A program made the translations under genes and the position numbers. Of a DNA stretch of 64,000 nucleotides, positions 24,647-34,165 are shown piece after piece (within the stretch, counting starts at the first letter, position 1; every line of letters starts with the position of its first letter). Source of the DNA: an uncultured Christensenella sp. (lineage in GTDB: Bacteria > Bacillota > Clostridia > Christensenellales > UBA3700); contig CATMWH010000008.1 of NCBI GenBank assembly GCA_950079155.1, forward strand, positions 20,779 through 84,778. The letters are read 5' to 3'. The notes under the pieces are model-generated. The model saw only the letters and a list, made by a program, of their open reading frames with translations. It was not told the origin of the DNA and did no database searches.

Positions 24647-24675
24647 TTGACTTAATTCTAGAACTGTGCTAAACT
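24647..24675 (+). promoter_or_regulatory. promoter of the FTR-like gene
   Basis: TTGACT (24647-24652), 17 nt, TAAACT (24670-24675), with TG at -15/-14. Confidence 0.5.
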
Positions 24676-24701
24676 AAAAAAAATTATATCAAAGAGGTAA
24701 T

Positions 24702-24899
24702 ATGGTAAGACTTAACGAAAATAAAGAAATTGTAGACGCAATCAAAGAAGGTCTCAAGGCGCGCGGAGGCTATTGCCCTTGTCGAGTTCAAATGACGGAA
24801 GAGAACAAATGCGTTTGCAAAGAATTTAGAGAACAGATAGCCGATCCAAATTTTGAGGGATATTGCCACTGCGGATTGTATTATAAGTCAAAAGATTGA
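24702..24899 (+). CDS. ferredoxin-thioredoxin reductase catalytic-subunit-like protein
   Basis: 65 aa with the CPC...CVC...CHC cysteine pattern (GGYCPCRV, KCVCKEF, GYCHCGLY). Confidence 0.7.
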   Translation: MVRLNENKEIVDAIKEGLKARGGYCPCRVQMTEENKCVCKEFREQIADPNFEGYCHCGLYYKSKD

Positions 24900-24945
24900 T
24901 TTGCATAAATCCCAAAAATTTGAAATACTATTTTAAATATAAATC

Positions 24946-24974
24946 TTGACAAAACTTCAATTTATACATATAAT
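24946..24974 (+). promoter_or_regulatory. promoter upstream of ssrA
   Basis: TTGACA (24946-24951), 17 nt, TATAAT (24969-24974). A second TTGAGC-17-TATAAT lies closer to the gene. Confidence 0.55.
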
Positions 24975-25086
24975 ACTTATGATTGATACGCTAAATAGTC
25001 ATTTTAGTTGAGCGTTTATGTCTATAGGAGTATAATCATAATGATGTCGTTTAGAACGAAATCGAGAAATCTCACCAAGCAAATAT

Positions 25087-25434
25087 GGGGCTGTACCGGA
25101 TTCGATGGGGAAGCAGGTACGATATAAGCACGCCGAAGGCTCGTCTTCGTAAAAACGGAAAATTAAATTTAAACGCAAATAATAACAAAGAATTGGCTTT
25201 CGCTGCCTAATCGGCCGTAGCCTGTCGCCCCAAGAATCCACGGCTTGGGAGTCGGCATCAATCAGTGGAACAGGGTCGGGCGCATATGCCTTTAACGTCT
25301 GATAATATCAAAGGCTTGCCGAAGCGTTACTCCGTGAATAGAGAACGTCAGGGACTAATATATGTTCAATAAGCGTGTAGAAAGTGTCGTATGAACTTTT
25401 TCAGACAGGGGTTCAACTCCCCTCAGTTCCACCA
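25087..25434 (+). ncRNA. ssrA: tmRNA
   Basis: 5' GGGGCUG pairs with 3' CAGUUCC-ACCA, including the G3:U pair. T-arm GGUUCAACUCCCC. The tag reading frame ends ...ANNNKELAFAA-TAA and may begin GKLNLN. Confidence 0.9.
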
Positions 25435-25640
25435 ATTTAAAACCATATGTTTTACGATTAAATTTCACTGACGGTGAGAAATATATAGGTTTATAATTAT
25501 TTTTAAATTTTTTGTGAAAAATAAAAAATCTATTAAAAATTTGTATTGACTTATATTATATATAGATTATATAATAATTACAGCAATTTTAAATTAGGGG
25601 TAATTATGAAACAGTTATTTATCATCGGGGAGAGGGGATA

Positions 25641-27341
25641 ATGAGTAAAAAGCCTGCTTCCGATAAGAAATTTGCAAAAAGAGCGGCAGCGCTCGGCAAC
25701 AATCTCAAAAGGTTTTGGAAAGAACCGCCTAAAGGTAGATTCCTTAATCTGCAAGAGATATTACGATTTGGAGTATCCAGTCTAGGTATTAGTTTTATTG
25801 CAAATCTGGTATCAATTTATGTCACAGTCGGTTATATCCCGCTTCTTTATAATTTAGGTGAAAGCGGTACTTTGCACGCAACTATAATGTATTTGGTTGC
25901 CAGTGTACTTGCGCTCATCATTACGCCATTTTACGGCAGAATGATACAGCGTACGAAGACCAAGTTTGGAAGATATAAGCCATACATACTTTTCTTGGCG
26001 CCCATTGTCGCTATTTTAGGTGCGGCAGCGGTATGGTCTCCGCAAGATTTAAATCAAACTCAAAGAATTATTTACGTGTATATGTTGTGTACTCCCACTT
26101 TGTTATTGTGGAATTTGTGGTACAATACTTTTAATATGTTCCCGGGTGTAATAACGCCAAATCAACAGGAGAGAACCGATATATGGGCTCCGGTAGGGCT
26201 TATCATTGGTTTTGCGCCTACGATAATGAATGCACTTAAGGGCGTTTTCGTAAAATGGGGCGGCAACGGAGATGTAGGCGCTGCTAGAATATACGGAGTA
26301 TTTTGCGCAGTCGTCGGAATAGCGCTTACAGTCGCGCTGATCGGCGTAAAAGAAAGAGTATACGTCACTCCCGAAGAGGAAAAGAAAGAAAAGGTATCAA
26401 CAATTGAAGGCTTGAAGATGATAGTCAAAAACAAACCTCTTATGATCTTCACGTTGGCGCTTTGTTTGGGCTGTCTTAAGGGTACGATAGATTTGAGTTG
26501 GGAAGTAATTGCCAGAGTCAAATATGCCACCGATATGGCGTCAGCGGCGGCACTCTTTGGCGGACTTTCGCTTGTTGTGGGATTTGCCGCAACTCCCAAT
26601 ATGATATTGCTCCCTTGGTTGACGCGCAAGTTCAACAACCGCACTATATTGATTTTCTGGCAAGCGTGCAATTTAAGCGCCAACTTAGTGTGCGCTTTGA
26701 TCGGCTTGCAGAATTTCCCGCAAGGCAGTTGGTCTCCATATGTCATTACGATAATAAGATTCGTATCTTTGTTTAACTGTCTTGGAAGTTTGCAACCGTT
26801 GATTCTATCAGAGATAGGAGATCTTCAGCAAGCAAAGAGCGGATATAGACTTGAGGGATTTATCCAGACTTTTGCATATCAATTGCCATTGGTTGTGTCG
26901 CAAGCAGCGGCGTTGATACCTGCGGCAATTCAATCCAAGATGGGCTTTAATCCATACAATTATCAAGTTACAGACACTGTTACCACCGCGACGCCGGAAC
27001 TAATTGCGATAGCGGAGAATTACGGCAACGTAGCGTTGTGGATGTCGGCAATATCCAGCGGACTTATGTTGATATGTTTGCTTTTCTATAATTTGGATAA
27101 GAAAAAGCACGCCGAAATAGTCACTCAACTCAAAGCGACTGCAGTCAACGCCGAGGAGATACAGCAAGAGGAGGGCGATTTGAATATCTTGGAAGACGTG
27201 GTAGGCGACGTAAAAGAAAACCAAGAAGAAACAAACTCGACTGCCGACGTCGCAGAGCCGCAAGAAGAGGCTGACGACATTACTCCTCAAGAGCAAGACG
27301 ACGACCCTACCAAAAACGACTTTACGGACGACTCTCAATAA
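25641..27341 (+). CDS. MFS transporter, glycoside-pentoside-hexuronide (GPH) symporter-like, with acidic C-terminal tail
   Basis: About 12 hydrophobic segments and a GPH-like loop YGRMIQRTKTKFGRYKPYILF. The tail is D/E/Q-rich. Confidence 0.8.
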   Translation: MSKKPASDKKFAKRAAALGNNLKRFWKEPPKGRFLNLQEILRFGVSSLGISFIANLVSIYVTVGYIPLLYNLGESGTLHATIMYLVASVLALIITPFYGRMIQRTKTKFGRYKPYILFLAPIVAILGAAAVWSPQDLNQTQRIIYVYMLCTPTLLLWNLWYNTFNMFPGVITPNQQERTDIWAPVGLIIGFAPTIMNALKGVFVKWGGNGDVGAARIYGVFCAVVGIALTVALIGVKERVYVTPEEEKKEKVSTIEGLKMIVKNKPLMIFTLALCLGCLKGTIDLSWEVIARVKYATDMASAAALFGGLSLVVGFAATPNMILLPWLTRKFNNRTILIFWQACNLSANLVCALIGLQNFPQGSWSPYVITIIRFVSLFNCLGSLQPLILSEIGDLQQAKSGYRLEGFIQTFAYQLPLVVSQAAALIPAAIQSKMGFNPYNYQVTDTVTTATPELIAIAENYGNVALWMSAISSGLMLICLLFYNLDKKKHAEIVTQLKATAVNAEEIQQEEGDLNILEDVVGDVKENQEETNSTADVAEPQEEADDITPQEQDDDPTKNDFTDDSQ

Positions 27342-27360
27342 TAATATGTAAATAATTTAA

Positions 27361-27402
27361 AATCCCGATGTCGACTTTAACAGCAGGTATTGGGATTTTT
27401 TA
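27361..27402 (+). terminator. rho-independent terminator
   Basis: AATCCCGAT/ATTGGGATT stem plus TTTTT. Confidence 0.7.
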
Positions 27403-27422
27403 TGTTGGCAGGATAGACAAAT

Positions 27423-28100
27423 ATGAACGCGATAATAGGAGAGATTTTCAAGAAAAAAGTAATTGATTATGACAAACTATTGCAATATGGCTTTGTCCTA
27501 AACAAAGAGAATTACGAATTTAATACGGATATCTTTGACGGACAGATGTCTTTGTCAGTATATGTCGACAGTCAGGGAAATATAAAAACGCAAGTAGTTG
27601 AATTGGAAACGCAGGAACAATATACGTTGTTTTTAGCAGAAGACGCAGTAGGCAGTTTTGTCGGCGGAGTGAGACGGGAATACCTAAGAGTATTGCGCGA
27701 TATTGCGGATAAGTGTTGCGTTACTCAAGTTTTCAAAAGTAAGCATTCACAAGACGTGATAGAATACGTCAGAACAAAATATGGCGACGAGTTGGAGTTT
27801 TTGTGGAAGAAGTTTGACGACAATGCGATTTGGCGCAGAAAAGACAACGGCAAGTGGTACGGATTGATTTTGATTGTACCCAAAAGCAAACTTGGAATAG
27901 ATAGCGAAGAAAAAATCGAAATCATTGGTTTGAGAATAAGTCCGCAAGAGGTGGAAAGCCTTATCGACAACAAAAGATATTATCCTGCATACCATATGAA
28001 TAAGAAGTCTTGGATTACGATTTGTCTTGACGGCTCAATGGAGATAGAGGAAATATACAGGCGCATAGACGACAGTTATGTATTGGCTTTAAAAAAATGA
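27423..28100 (+). CDS. MmcQ/YjbR-family protein with N-terminal extension
   Basis: The C-terminal half, WRRKDNGKWYGLILIVPKSKLG...YYPAYHMNKKSWITICLDG, matches the MmcQ/YjbR pattern. Confidence 0.7.
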   Translation: MNAIIGEIFKKKVIDYDKLLQYGFVLNKENYEFNTDIFDGQMSLSVYVDSQGNIKTQVVELETQEQYTLFLAEDAVGSFVGGVRREYLRVLRDIADKCCVTQVFKSKHSQDVIEYVRTKYGDELEFLWKKFDDNAIWRRKDNGKWYGLILIVPKSKLGIDSEEKIEIIGLRISPQEVESLIDNKRYYPAYHMNKKSWITICLDGSMEIEEIYRRIDDSYVLALKK

Positions 28101-28281
28101 TAACGCTATTCAAAAGTATTTTTAAACGTGGCTGACGTTATTGCGTATTAGGTTTACTATGCTAGATATTATCATATAAACTATGATTTATCAAATGTAA
28201 AAGAATGCGTTTTAAGTCAAAAAGGACTTGCAAAATTATGTCGGATTGTGTATAATATGAAAAAATATTTTTGGAGGTTTT

Positions 28282-31200
28282 ATGAAATCTTTAACAACAA
28301 AGCGCATAGGCGTTTTGGCGACGGTAATTGCCATAGCAATTTTAATGATTGTCGGATCGTGTTTGACGTTCGGCGATTATGCTTTGGCTGATACCGATAC
28401 TGATTATGCCTATAAATATTTTTATAATCAAATTTCTATTGATCCAATTGCCGAAAGATTCTATAAGGCATTTGAAACCCTTACAAATAACGGCGAATTC
28501 AAAAAGGGCAAACTTCAATATGATTTGATAGCAAACAATGTGGCTACCATAGACGAGGTCAAGGCTTACGTAAATGGGGCGGATGACAACAGACTTGCAA
28601 AGTCCTATGGTATCGGACGCGACGCATTTTATATGGATCATCCTGACTTGTTTTATATTGACTTATTTTCGACGTCTATTACTGCCGGAATGCAGGGCGG
28701 AGAATACGTTGCGTATCTCGATTCGAGCAGAGTTTTGTCGTTGTATAGAGGCGCAAGTATCAGCAGTGAATCGTCGGTCAACGAGGCTATACAAAAGTAT
28801 GAAAGCGCTATATCGCAAATTGTTGACGCAGCAAAAAGTTTGAGCAGCGTTAAAGAGAAGATAGAGTATGTCAACAATTACATTGGCGAACACAATAAAT
28901 ATGGATTCGGCACGGTGCTCGAGGGAAATCGCAATGTTGACACTCCAAAAGCAGATTTTATTTTTACGTCTTACGGCGCATTGGTAAACGGAGAGTCTGT
29001 CTGTGAGGGATATGCAAAGAGTTTTAAAGCTGTTATGGACAGACTTGGTATTCCTTGCGTATGCGTATCGGGGTATTCTGCTTCAAGCAAAGACGAAAGT
29101 TCTCAACCGCATATGTGGAATTATGTGCAAGTTGACGGTATGTGGTATGGCGTAGACGTGACATATAATTCGACGTCTTTGCAAAATTCTTGGATATTAA
29201 AAGGCAGTCAGGCTATGTTCGAATCTCATCTCGAAGACGGCTCGGTATCTTCGTCGGGGTATGAATTACGCTATCCCGCATTGAAGCCTTACGATTACGG
29301 AGTGGACGTTGACGATAACGGAATGACCGTAATAGGTATATATAATACTACAGAAAATCAAGGTACGACCTTGGAGTTGACAGTTTCTTTTGACGGTTTG
29401 GGCGCTCTTTTGCTTCAAGATCAAGGTATGTATTTAGCGTATAGTTACGGTTACAGCAATGCAGGCGATGAGACTACTTGGGGACCTTGGTCTAACGTAA
29501 CAGCAATCAACAACGCTACAAAAGAGTTGCTTGGAGTTGAAATATATTCCATTACCGACAGTGAAACGGTATTGAAAAATATCGGTACAGCCATCAAGTA
29601 TATCAGGTTCGCGTTGATAAAACGTGCTCCGGACGCAAAGGGAGATTTTCTTACGGGCGATTATTTAGTGTCTTACGATGCGGAAAAACTCACGGATGAA
29701 GATTTTTGGTTTGAGCCGACTACGCCTTATCTAAACGAAGGTTTTGGAACTTATACCCCTGCGCCGGGCGCTATATCAATTACTCCCTCTAATACCGGAG
29801 ATTTGCCTGTCAACGGTACTTATGACATAAAAATCGAATACAGTGAAACGCTTGAACTTAATGCAGGTGTTACGTTGGATGATATCGGAATTGACTTTTA
29901 TACTTTGCGCGGTAATGATAGCATTAAGGATCACGCTATAATCGAAAACTTCAATTGGGACGGCGATAAGACAATTTCATTTACGTTGACACCAAGTAAG
30001 ATGTATATTCACAACTCAACTCCGTATTATTTCACTCCTTTGGGACTTGTCGGCGCTTATTCCAAAAAAGATCCCAATCCAGTGAGATTTGCATTTAAAG
30101 GCAAGACCGTGGTATGTAGTAAGATATTCAATGACGGCAGACTTTATATGAGTTTGTACGGCGAGCCGAATCTTCTGGATAACTCAGACGTATCAGTCAC
30201 CGATTTTAAAGATGAGAACGGCAATTATTATGCGGCAAGCCAACGCAGTCAGCTTTTGCTAGTGGCGACAAAACCTTCCGCGCAGAAAGAGCAGGAAATG
30301 GACGATGTCTTAAAGAGCGAAGTCGACGTAAAGGACGATGAAATTTTGGCTTCGTCTTCTTACGAAATAAATCTTAATCTCTGCGGATGTGTGCAAACGG
30401 TGCCCAACGGCAGTTATATGCAAGTGGCTTTCGGCTTTCCTGACGGCTATGACCCCAATGACGCAGATACGACGTTCAAAATATATCACTATAAGCACGA
30501 CAACGCAGGCAAAATAATTGGCGTTGAGGAAATTCCAGTCATTATCAATCAGTACGGAATTATCGCAAAGGTTACGAGTTTTAGTCCGTTTACCGTAGTG
30601 CAGATCAAGAACAGCAGCGCGGCTGTCACCGAGAGCGCAACTGCCAATGTCTATGCGTATGTCAACGGCGGCGTTGGCGGAAAAGTCACGGCGGACGGCA
30701 AGAGCGGTATCAGTCAGGTAAGCGATTCTATCACTTACGATATCACTCCTGACAGCGGATTCGCAATTGCTTGCGTACAACTCAACGGTAAGGTCGTCGA
30801 CGTTAAAAAGTATCAGAGCGGAAAACTTACGCTTACAAAGGCAGAACTTGAATCTAGCAATATGCTTGAGGTTAAGTTTATGTCTCAAGAACTGGCAAGC
30901 AATTATGCAAAAAAAGGCGTTTCAATTTCTTTCAACGGCGAAGTAACCGAATCTTTTGGCGTAATTCCGGGAGACAATGCAACTAACAATATAGTAGGCA
31001 TAATAATAGGTTGCGTAGTCGCAGTTGTTGCAGTAGTGGCCATCGCTCTTGCAGTATTCTTTATTATGAAGAAAAAGAAAGAGCAAAGCGCTGTTGCGGC
31101 AGTAAACTCCAGACCGCAGCCGAATTTGTCGACGCCGACGAGAACTACTGCTGCAAAGCAATCTCAAGAGACAATGGCTAAATCTGTTGTGGCAGGCGCA

Positions 31201-31434
31201 ACGGCAAGCAAGCCCAAAGCAACGGCTAGTAAGTCATCGACCGCGACTAAATCGACGTCTTCTAAGACAGCGTCGGCAAGTAAGTCTGCGACGACAAAGT
31301 CTACTTCAGCGGCAAAGAAGACGACTTCGTCTACGGCAGGCAAGTCAACGCAGGCAAAGAAGACTGCGGCGACAAAGACTTCTGCAAAGCCGGCTTCAAA
31401 GTCAACTGTCGACAAAGACGTAAAAACGAAATAA
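28282..31434 (+). CDS. transglutaminase-like surface protein with C-terminal TM anchor and K/S/T/A-rich tail
   Basis: Signal peptide, then transglutaminase core CEGYAKSF...HMWNYVQVDGMWYGVDVT. TM IVGIIIGCVVAVVAVVAIALAVFFI is followed by a low-complexity tail. Confidence 0.75.
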   Translation: MKSLTTKRIGVLATVIAIAILMIVGSCLTFGDYALADTDTDYAYKYFYNQISIDPIAERFYKAFETLTNNGEFKKGKLQYDLIANNVATIDEVKAYVNGADDNRLAKSYGIGRDAFYMDHPDLFYIDLFSTSITAGMQGGEYVAYLDSSRVLSLYRGASISSESSVNEAIQKYESAISQIVDAAKSLSSVKEKIEYVNNYIGEHNKYGFGTVLEGNRNVDTPKADFIFTSYGALVNGESVCEGYAKSFKAVMDRLGIPCVCVSGYSASSKDESSQPHMWNYVQVDGMWYGVDVTYNSTSLQNSWILKGSQAMFESHLEDGSVSSSGYELRYPALKPYDYGVDVDDNGMTVIGIYNTTENQGTTLELTVSFDGLGALLLQDQGMYLAYSYGYSNAGDETTWGPWSNVTAINNATKELLGVEIYSITDSETVLKNIGTAIKYIRFALIKRAPDAKGDFLTGDYLVSYDAEKLTDEDFWFEPTTPYLNEGFGTYTPAPGAISITPSNTGDLPVNGTYDIKIEYSETLELNAGVTLDDIGIDFYTLRGNDSIKDHAIIENFNWDGDKTISFTLTPSKMYIHNSTPYYFTPLGLVGAYSKKDPNPVRFAFKGKTVVCSKIFNDGRLYMSLYGEPNLLDNSDVSVTDFKDENGNYYAASQRSQLLLVATKPSAQKEQEMDDVLKSEVDVKDDEILASSSYEINLNLCGCVQTVPNGSYMQVAFGFPDGYDPNDADTTFKIYHYKHDNAGKIIGVEEIPVIINQYGIIAKVTSFSPFTVVQIKNSSAAVTESATANVYAYVNGGVGGKVTADGKSGISQVSDSITYDITPDSGFAIACVQLNGKVVDVKKYQSGKLTLTKAELESSNMLEVKFMSQELASNYAKKGVSISFNGEVTESFGVIPGDNATNNIVGIIIGCVVAVVAVVAIALAVFFIMKKKKEQSAVAAVNSRPQPNLSTPTRTTAAKQSQETMAKSVVAGATASKPKATASKSSTATKSTSSKTASASKSATTKSTSAAKKTTSSTAGKSTQAKKTAATKTSAKPASKSTVDKDVKTK

Positions 31435-31462
31435 CAAAATTCTTTTAAAGTAGTTAGACAAA

Positions 31463-31496
31463 ATAGACCGATAGGAGAGTAATTCTATCGGTCTAT
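31463..31496. terminator. bidirectional terminator hairpin between convergent genes
   Basis: ATAGACCGATAG/CTATCGGTCTAT 12-bp stem. Confidence 0.6.
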
Positions 31497-32056
31497 TAAA
31501 TTTCTCGTTTTGCAAGTTGAGTATATTTGCTTACAAATTTTGTTTTTGAATTTGTATAAGTGTCTCTGTTATACTCGTACTTTTTCCAAAGTTGCAATTT
31601 TAACTCTTCATATTCTTTCGCAACTTCCGCGTGAGCGTTTAGATAGTCTCTGAAGTATATCTCGTCCGTATCGCCTTTAAGCCTTATATGCAAATGGAAT
31701 ACTTTTTCGGCAAAGCCGTGTTCTGTATAGCCTTTATTTAGCGATATGCGGTTTTTACTTGATGACATAATTATATAGCCATTAGTATTCAGTAAATCAG
31801 CGATTTCTCTCAATTGCGATTGAGTATTTGTAGCAATAATAATATCTATTATGGGTTTTGCCATAATGCCTTTGATAGCCGTACTGCCAATATGGCAATA
31901 TTCCGTATCTTTGGGCAAAATGCACTTGAGGCTATTGACTTCTTCATTATACCAATCTGCCCAATATGACTTATGCTCAGTCAAAAAGATGGGGAAAAGT
32001 TTCCAAAGTTCTTCAAGCGTCATTTGCGATAGTTTTGAATGTTTTTTTATTTCCAT
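31496..32056 (-). CDS. GrpB-family protein
   Basis: HIGSTAIKGIMAKPIIDIII and HLHIR motifs in a 186-aa protein. Confidence 0.8.
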   Translation of the reverse strand: MEIKKHSKLSQMTLEELWKLFPIFLTEHKSYWADWYNEEVNSLKCILPKDTEYCHIGSTAIKGIMAKPIIDIIIATNTQSQLREIADLLNTNGYIIMSSSKNRISLNKGYTEHGFAEKVFHLHIRLKGDTDEIYFRDYLNAHAEVAKEYEELKLQLWKKYEYNRDTYTNSKTKFVSKYTQLAKREI

Positions 32057-32114
32057 AATGACTTATTTTATCGTGTTTGTTCTGATAAGTCAATGGATTA
32101 AAGTATAATGACGT

Positions 32115-32720
32115 TCAATTCAATCGCTTTTTGCAATAACTCTTTTTTCTGCATTTTGGACATCTTAATTTTCTTTTTGTAAAAGTATGCGCTCCAAAAA
32201 TAAAATCTTTCATAGACGGCACGAATTTTTCTCCGCAATTGGGACACTCATAGACGCCTGCGTCGATTGTAAGCACGCAACAAACGCTAATGCCAAGAAC
32301 AATTATTACAGCCGACAATGCTATGCAAATTATTCTCAACCAAATAGGCGCCGAGAGCAGAGCAGGCAAAAGAATTATTGCCGTACCGGCAAGAATTGTC
32401 ATACAAGCAACAATAATAGAAATAATCAAACGCTTTTTTGCCGCTTTGCTTTTTTTCATTAAATCGACAGCGATATATTCTTCTGCCTTTTCTTTATAGC
32501 GCTCGTCATTCAATCGTGCGCCAGATAGCAATTCGTTGATGCTTACGTCATATAATCTGCTCAACAGTTGCAACATTTCAACTGGTGGCAAATAATTTCC
32601 GTTTTCCCAACGAGAAACGGTTTTGTTAGTTACTCCAAGTCGTTCGCCCAACTCGTCTTGGGTGAGATTGTTGCCTTTGCGTAATTCGGCTAAGAATTTG
32701 CCTATTTTCTGCATATCCAT
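32115..32720 (-). CDS. XRE-family HTH regulator with TM segments and C-terminal zinc ribbon
   Basis: LRKGNNLTQDELGERLGVTNKTVSRWENG is an XRE HTH. Two hydrophobic helices follow, then CPNCG...CPKCRKK. Confidence 0.8.
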   Translation of the reverse strand: MDMQKIGKFLAELRKGNNLTQDELGERLGVTNKTVSRWENGNYLPPVEMLQLLSRLYDVSINELLSGARLNDERYKEKAEEYIAVDLMKKSKAAKKRLIISIIVACMTILAGTAIILLPALLSAPIWLRIICIALSAVIIVLGISVCCVLTIDAGVYECPNCGEKFVPSMKDFIFGAHTFTKRKLRCPKCRKKSYCKKRLN

Positions 32721-32903
32721 AGATAAATACCTCCGTGTATTGATATTGATATTATACCATACGCTTGATCAAAAGTATTACCCATAAACAGCGAATCAAC
32801 CCAACACGCATCAAAATAAATTGCCACAAATGGAGAATCAACATAAAAAAAGTACGAACTCACTTTGACGTGTGTCCGTACAGTTGCTTTTGTTGAAGAG
32901 GTC

Positions 32904-33149
32904 TTAGACCTCGTATCGGTCAAGGTTGGCGCGAATTGCTTCGATAAGGCGTTTTTCTGCCGCAATCTTTTTGTCTTTTGCAACCTTTGTGCAAACCGAC
33001 GTGCCATAAAGTTTTGAAAGGTCGTCTACTAGGTTTTTAAGGTGAACGGTGTCAAGTATGTTTTCTGAGCCGCAAAGTTCCTCGCCCATATTTGCCGCTG
33101 TTACAGGCGCCTCCGCAATCGCTATTGTGTTCTTGATGTTCTCTTCCAT
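32904..33149 (-). CDS. hypothetical protein
   Basis: 81-aa ORF with RBS GGAGAT and a terminator hairpin plus T-run downstream. No recognisable motif. Confidence 0.5.
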   Translation of the reverse strand: MEENIKNTIAIAEAPVTAANMGEELCGSENILDTVHLKNLVDDLSKLYGTSVCTKVAKDKKIAAEKRLIEAIRANLDRYEV

Positions 33150-33416
33150 ATAAAATATCTCCTATATTATATATTATTTGTCTCTGATTGCATAAAGTTG
33201 CCGCGAATAGCCTTATGCAACGTAGCCCCTGCAGGAGGGGGAGACGTGCTACCTTGAAGTCAAATCGTTACCGCGACAGATTATGAATATATACTATATT
33301 AGTCAACGGTATCAATTGGGTCACTATATAATACGTCTGAAATATCTTAAAAATGCATAAATACTATACAAAAATATTGATAGAAAAGTCATTAAAATAT
33401 TTATATTTATTTCTAA

Positions 33417-33647
33417 TTATAAATATCTATTAACAGTTCCTGATCCACTACAAGCGGAACAGCGAATTATACCAGTTCCGTTGCAATTAGAGCAATGACA
33501 ATAATTTTTTCCATTGGTCATTTGGTCAGAATAATCTAAATAGTGAATTTTAAGAATATAGATTCTACCTGATCCCTCACAATCGGGAAAAGGATTTGTT
33601 CCGGTTCCGCTACAAGTATCACAAGTTACCTTCGTTAGAGTACACAT
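33417..33647 (-). CDS. small Cys-rich protein with DnaJ-type CXXCXGXG zinc-finger repeats
   Basis: CDTCSGTG, CEGSG, CSNCNGTG and CSACSGSG motifs within 76 aa. Confidence 0.6.
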   Translation of the reverse strand: MCTLTKVTCDTCSGTGTNPFPDCEGSGRIYILKIHYLDYSDQMTNGKNYCHCSNCNGTGIIRCSACSGSGTVNRYL

Positions 33648-33762
33648 AAAATTATCCTACTTTATTAAATTGAATTCTATCATTAAAAACTTTATATGTC
33701 AACATCTTATGTTTAATATTAGAGAAGCAACGGTTTCTTTCCGTTGTTTTTTCTTTGTTGGA

Positions 33763-34165
33763 AAACCGCGGCGTTAGACGCGAAAGTCATTCTACGGTCA
33801 AAAAAGATTAGAGATAGGAGCAATTCTACGAGAATTGTGCAAATGGAAAGGTGTAAATATACTAGAAGCAGAAGTATGCCCAGACCACGTGCATATGCTT
33901 TTAGAAATCCCACCTAAAATAAGCGTAGTGAGTTTTATGGGATTTCTAAAAGGAAAGAGTAGTTTGTTAATATATGAGAAATGGGCAAATATGAAATACA
34001 AATACCGAAGCAGAAAATTTTGAGTAAGGGGTATTATGTAGACACGATAGGGAAGAATACCGAGAGAATTAAAGAATATATAAAAATCAATTAGAAGAAG
34101 ATAAAACAATAGAACAGCTGTGCATAGCAGAAGCGTTCGATCCGTTTGAGAAGCACGGCAAATAA
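33763..34165 (+). pseudogene. IS200/IS605-family tnpA (Y1 transposase) remnant
   Basis: ILRELCKWKGVNILEAEVCPDHVHMLLEIPPKISVVSFMGFLKGKSS...GYYVDTIGKN...NQLEEDKTIEQL...DPFE is typical of IS200 TnpA. The N-terminus is missing, with TAG at 33775, TGA where the family has Trp (34021), and at least two frameshifts (about 34030 and about 34085). Confidence 0.75.

Noticed and set aside
24999-25241. 80-aa minus-strand ORF in the track
   Set aside because: It lies antisense across the 5' half of the tmRNA gene and its promoter region. It has no RBS, and the tmRNA features explain the sequence.
25087-25434. ssrA as the attachment site of the conjugative element or of the serine-recombinase element
   Set aside because: No duplicated ssrA 3' segment is visible in the window. 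The conjugative element lies 5' of the gene, and the recombinase element is about 10 kb away.
31164-31423. ORFs 31164-31415 (-) and 31187-31423 (+) with repetitive R/Q/L or A/V/D composition
   Set aside because: These are alternative frames of the K/S/T/A low-complexity tail of the 28282-31434 gene. The long ORF with a signal peptide, transglutaminase core and TM is the real frame.
34021-34023. TGA at a position where IS200 TnpA has Trp, hinting at genetic code 4 (Mollicutes)
   Set aside because: TGA clearly terminates many well-supported genes here, e.g. at 5057-5059, 23075-23077 and 47564-47566, often in ATGA overlaps. The IS200 copy also has a TAG and at least two frameshifts, so it is simply a pseudogene.
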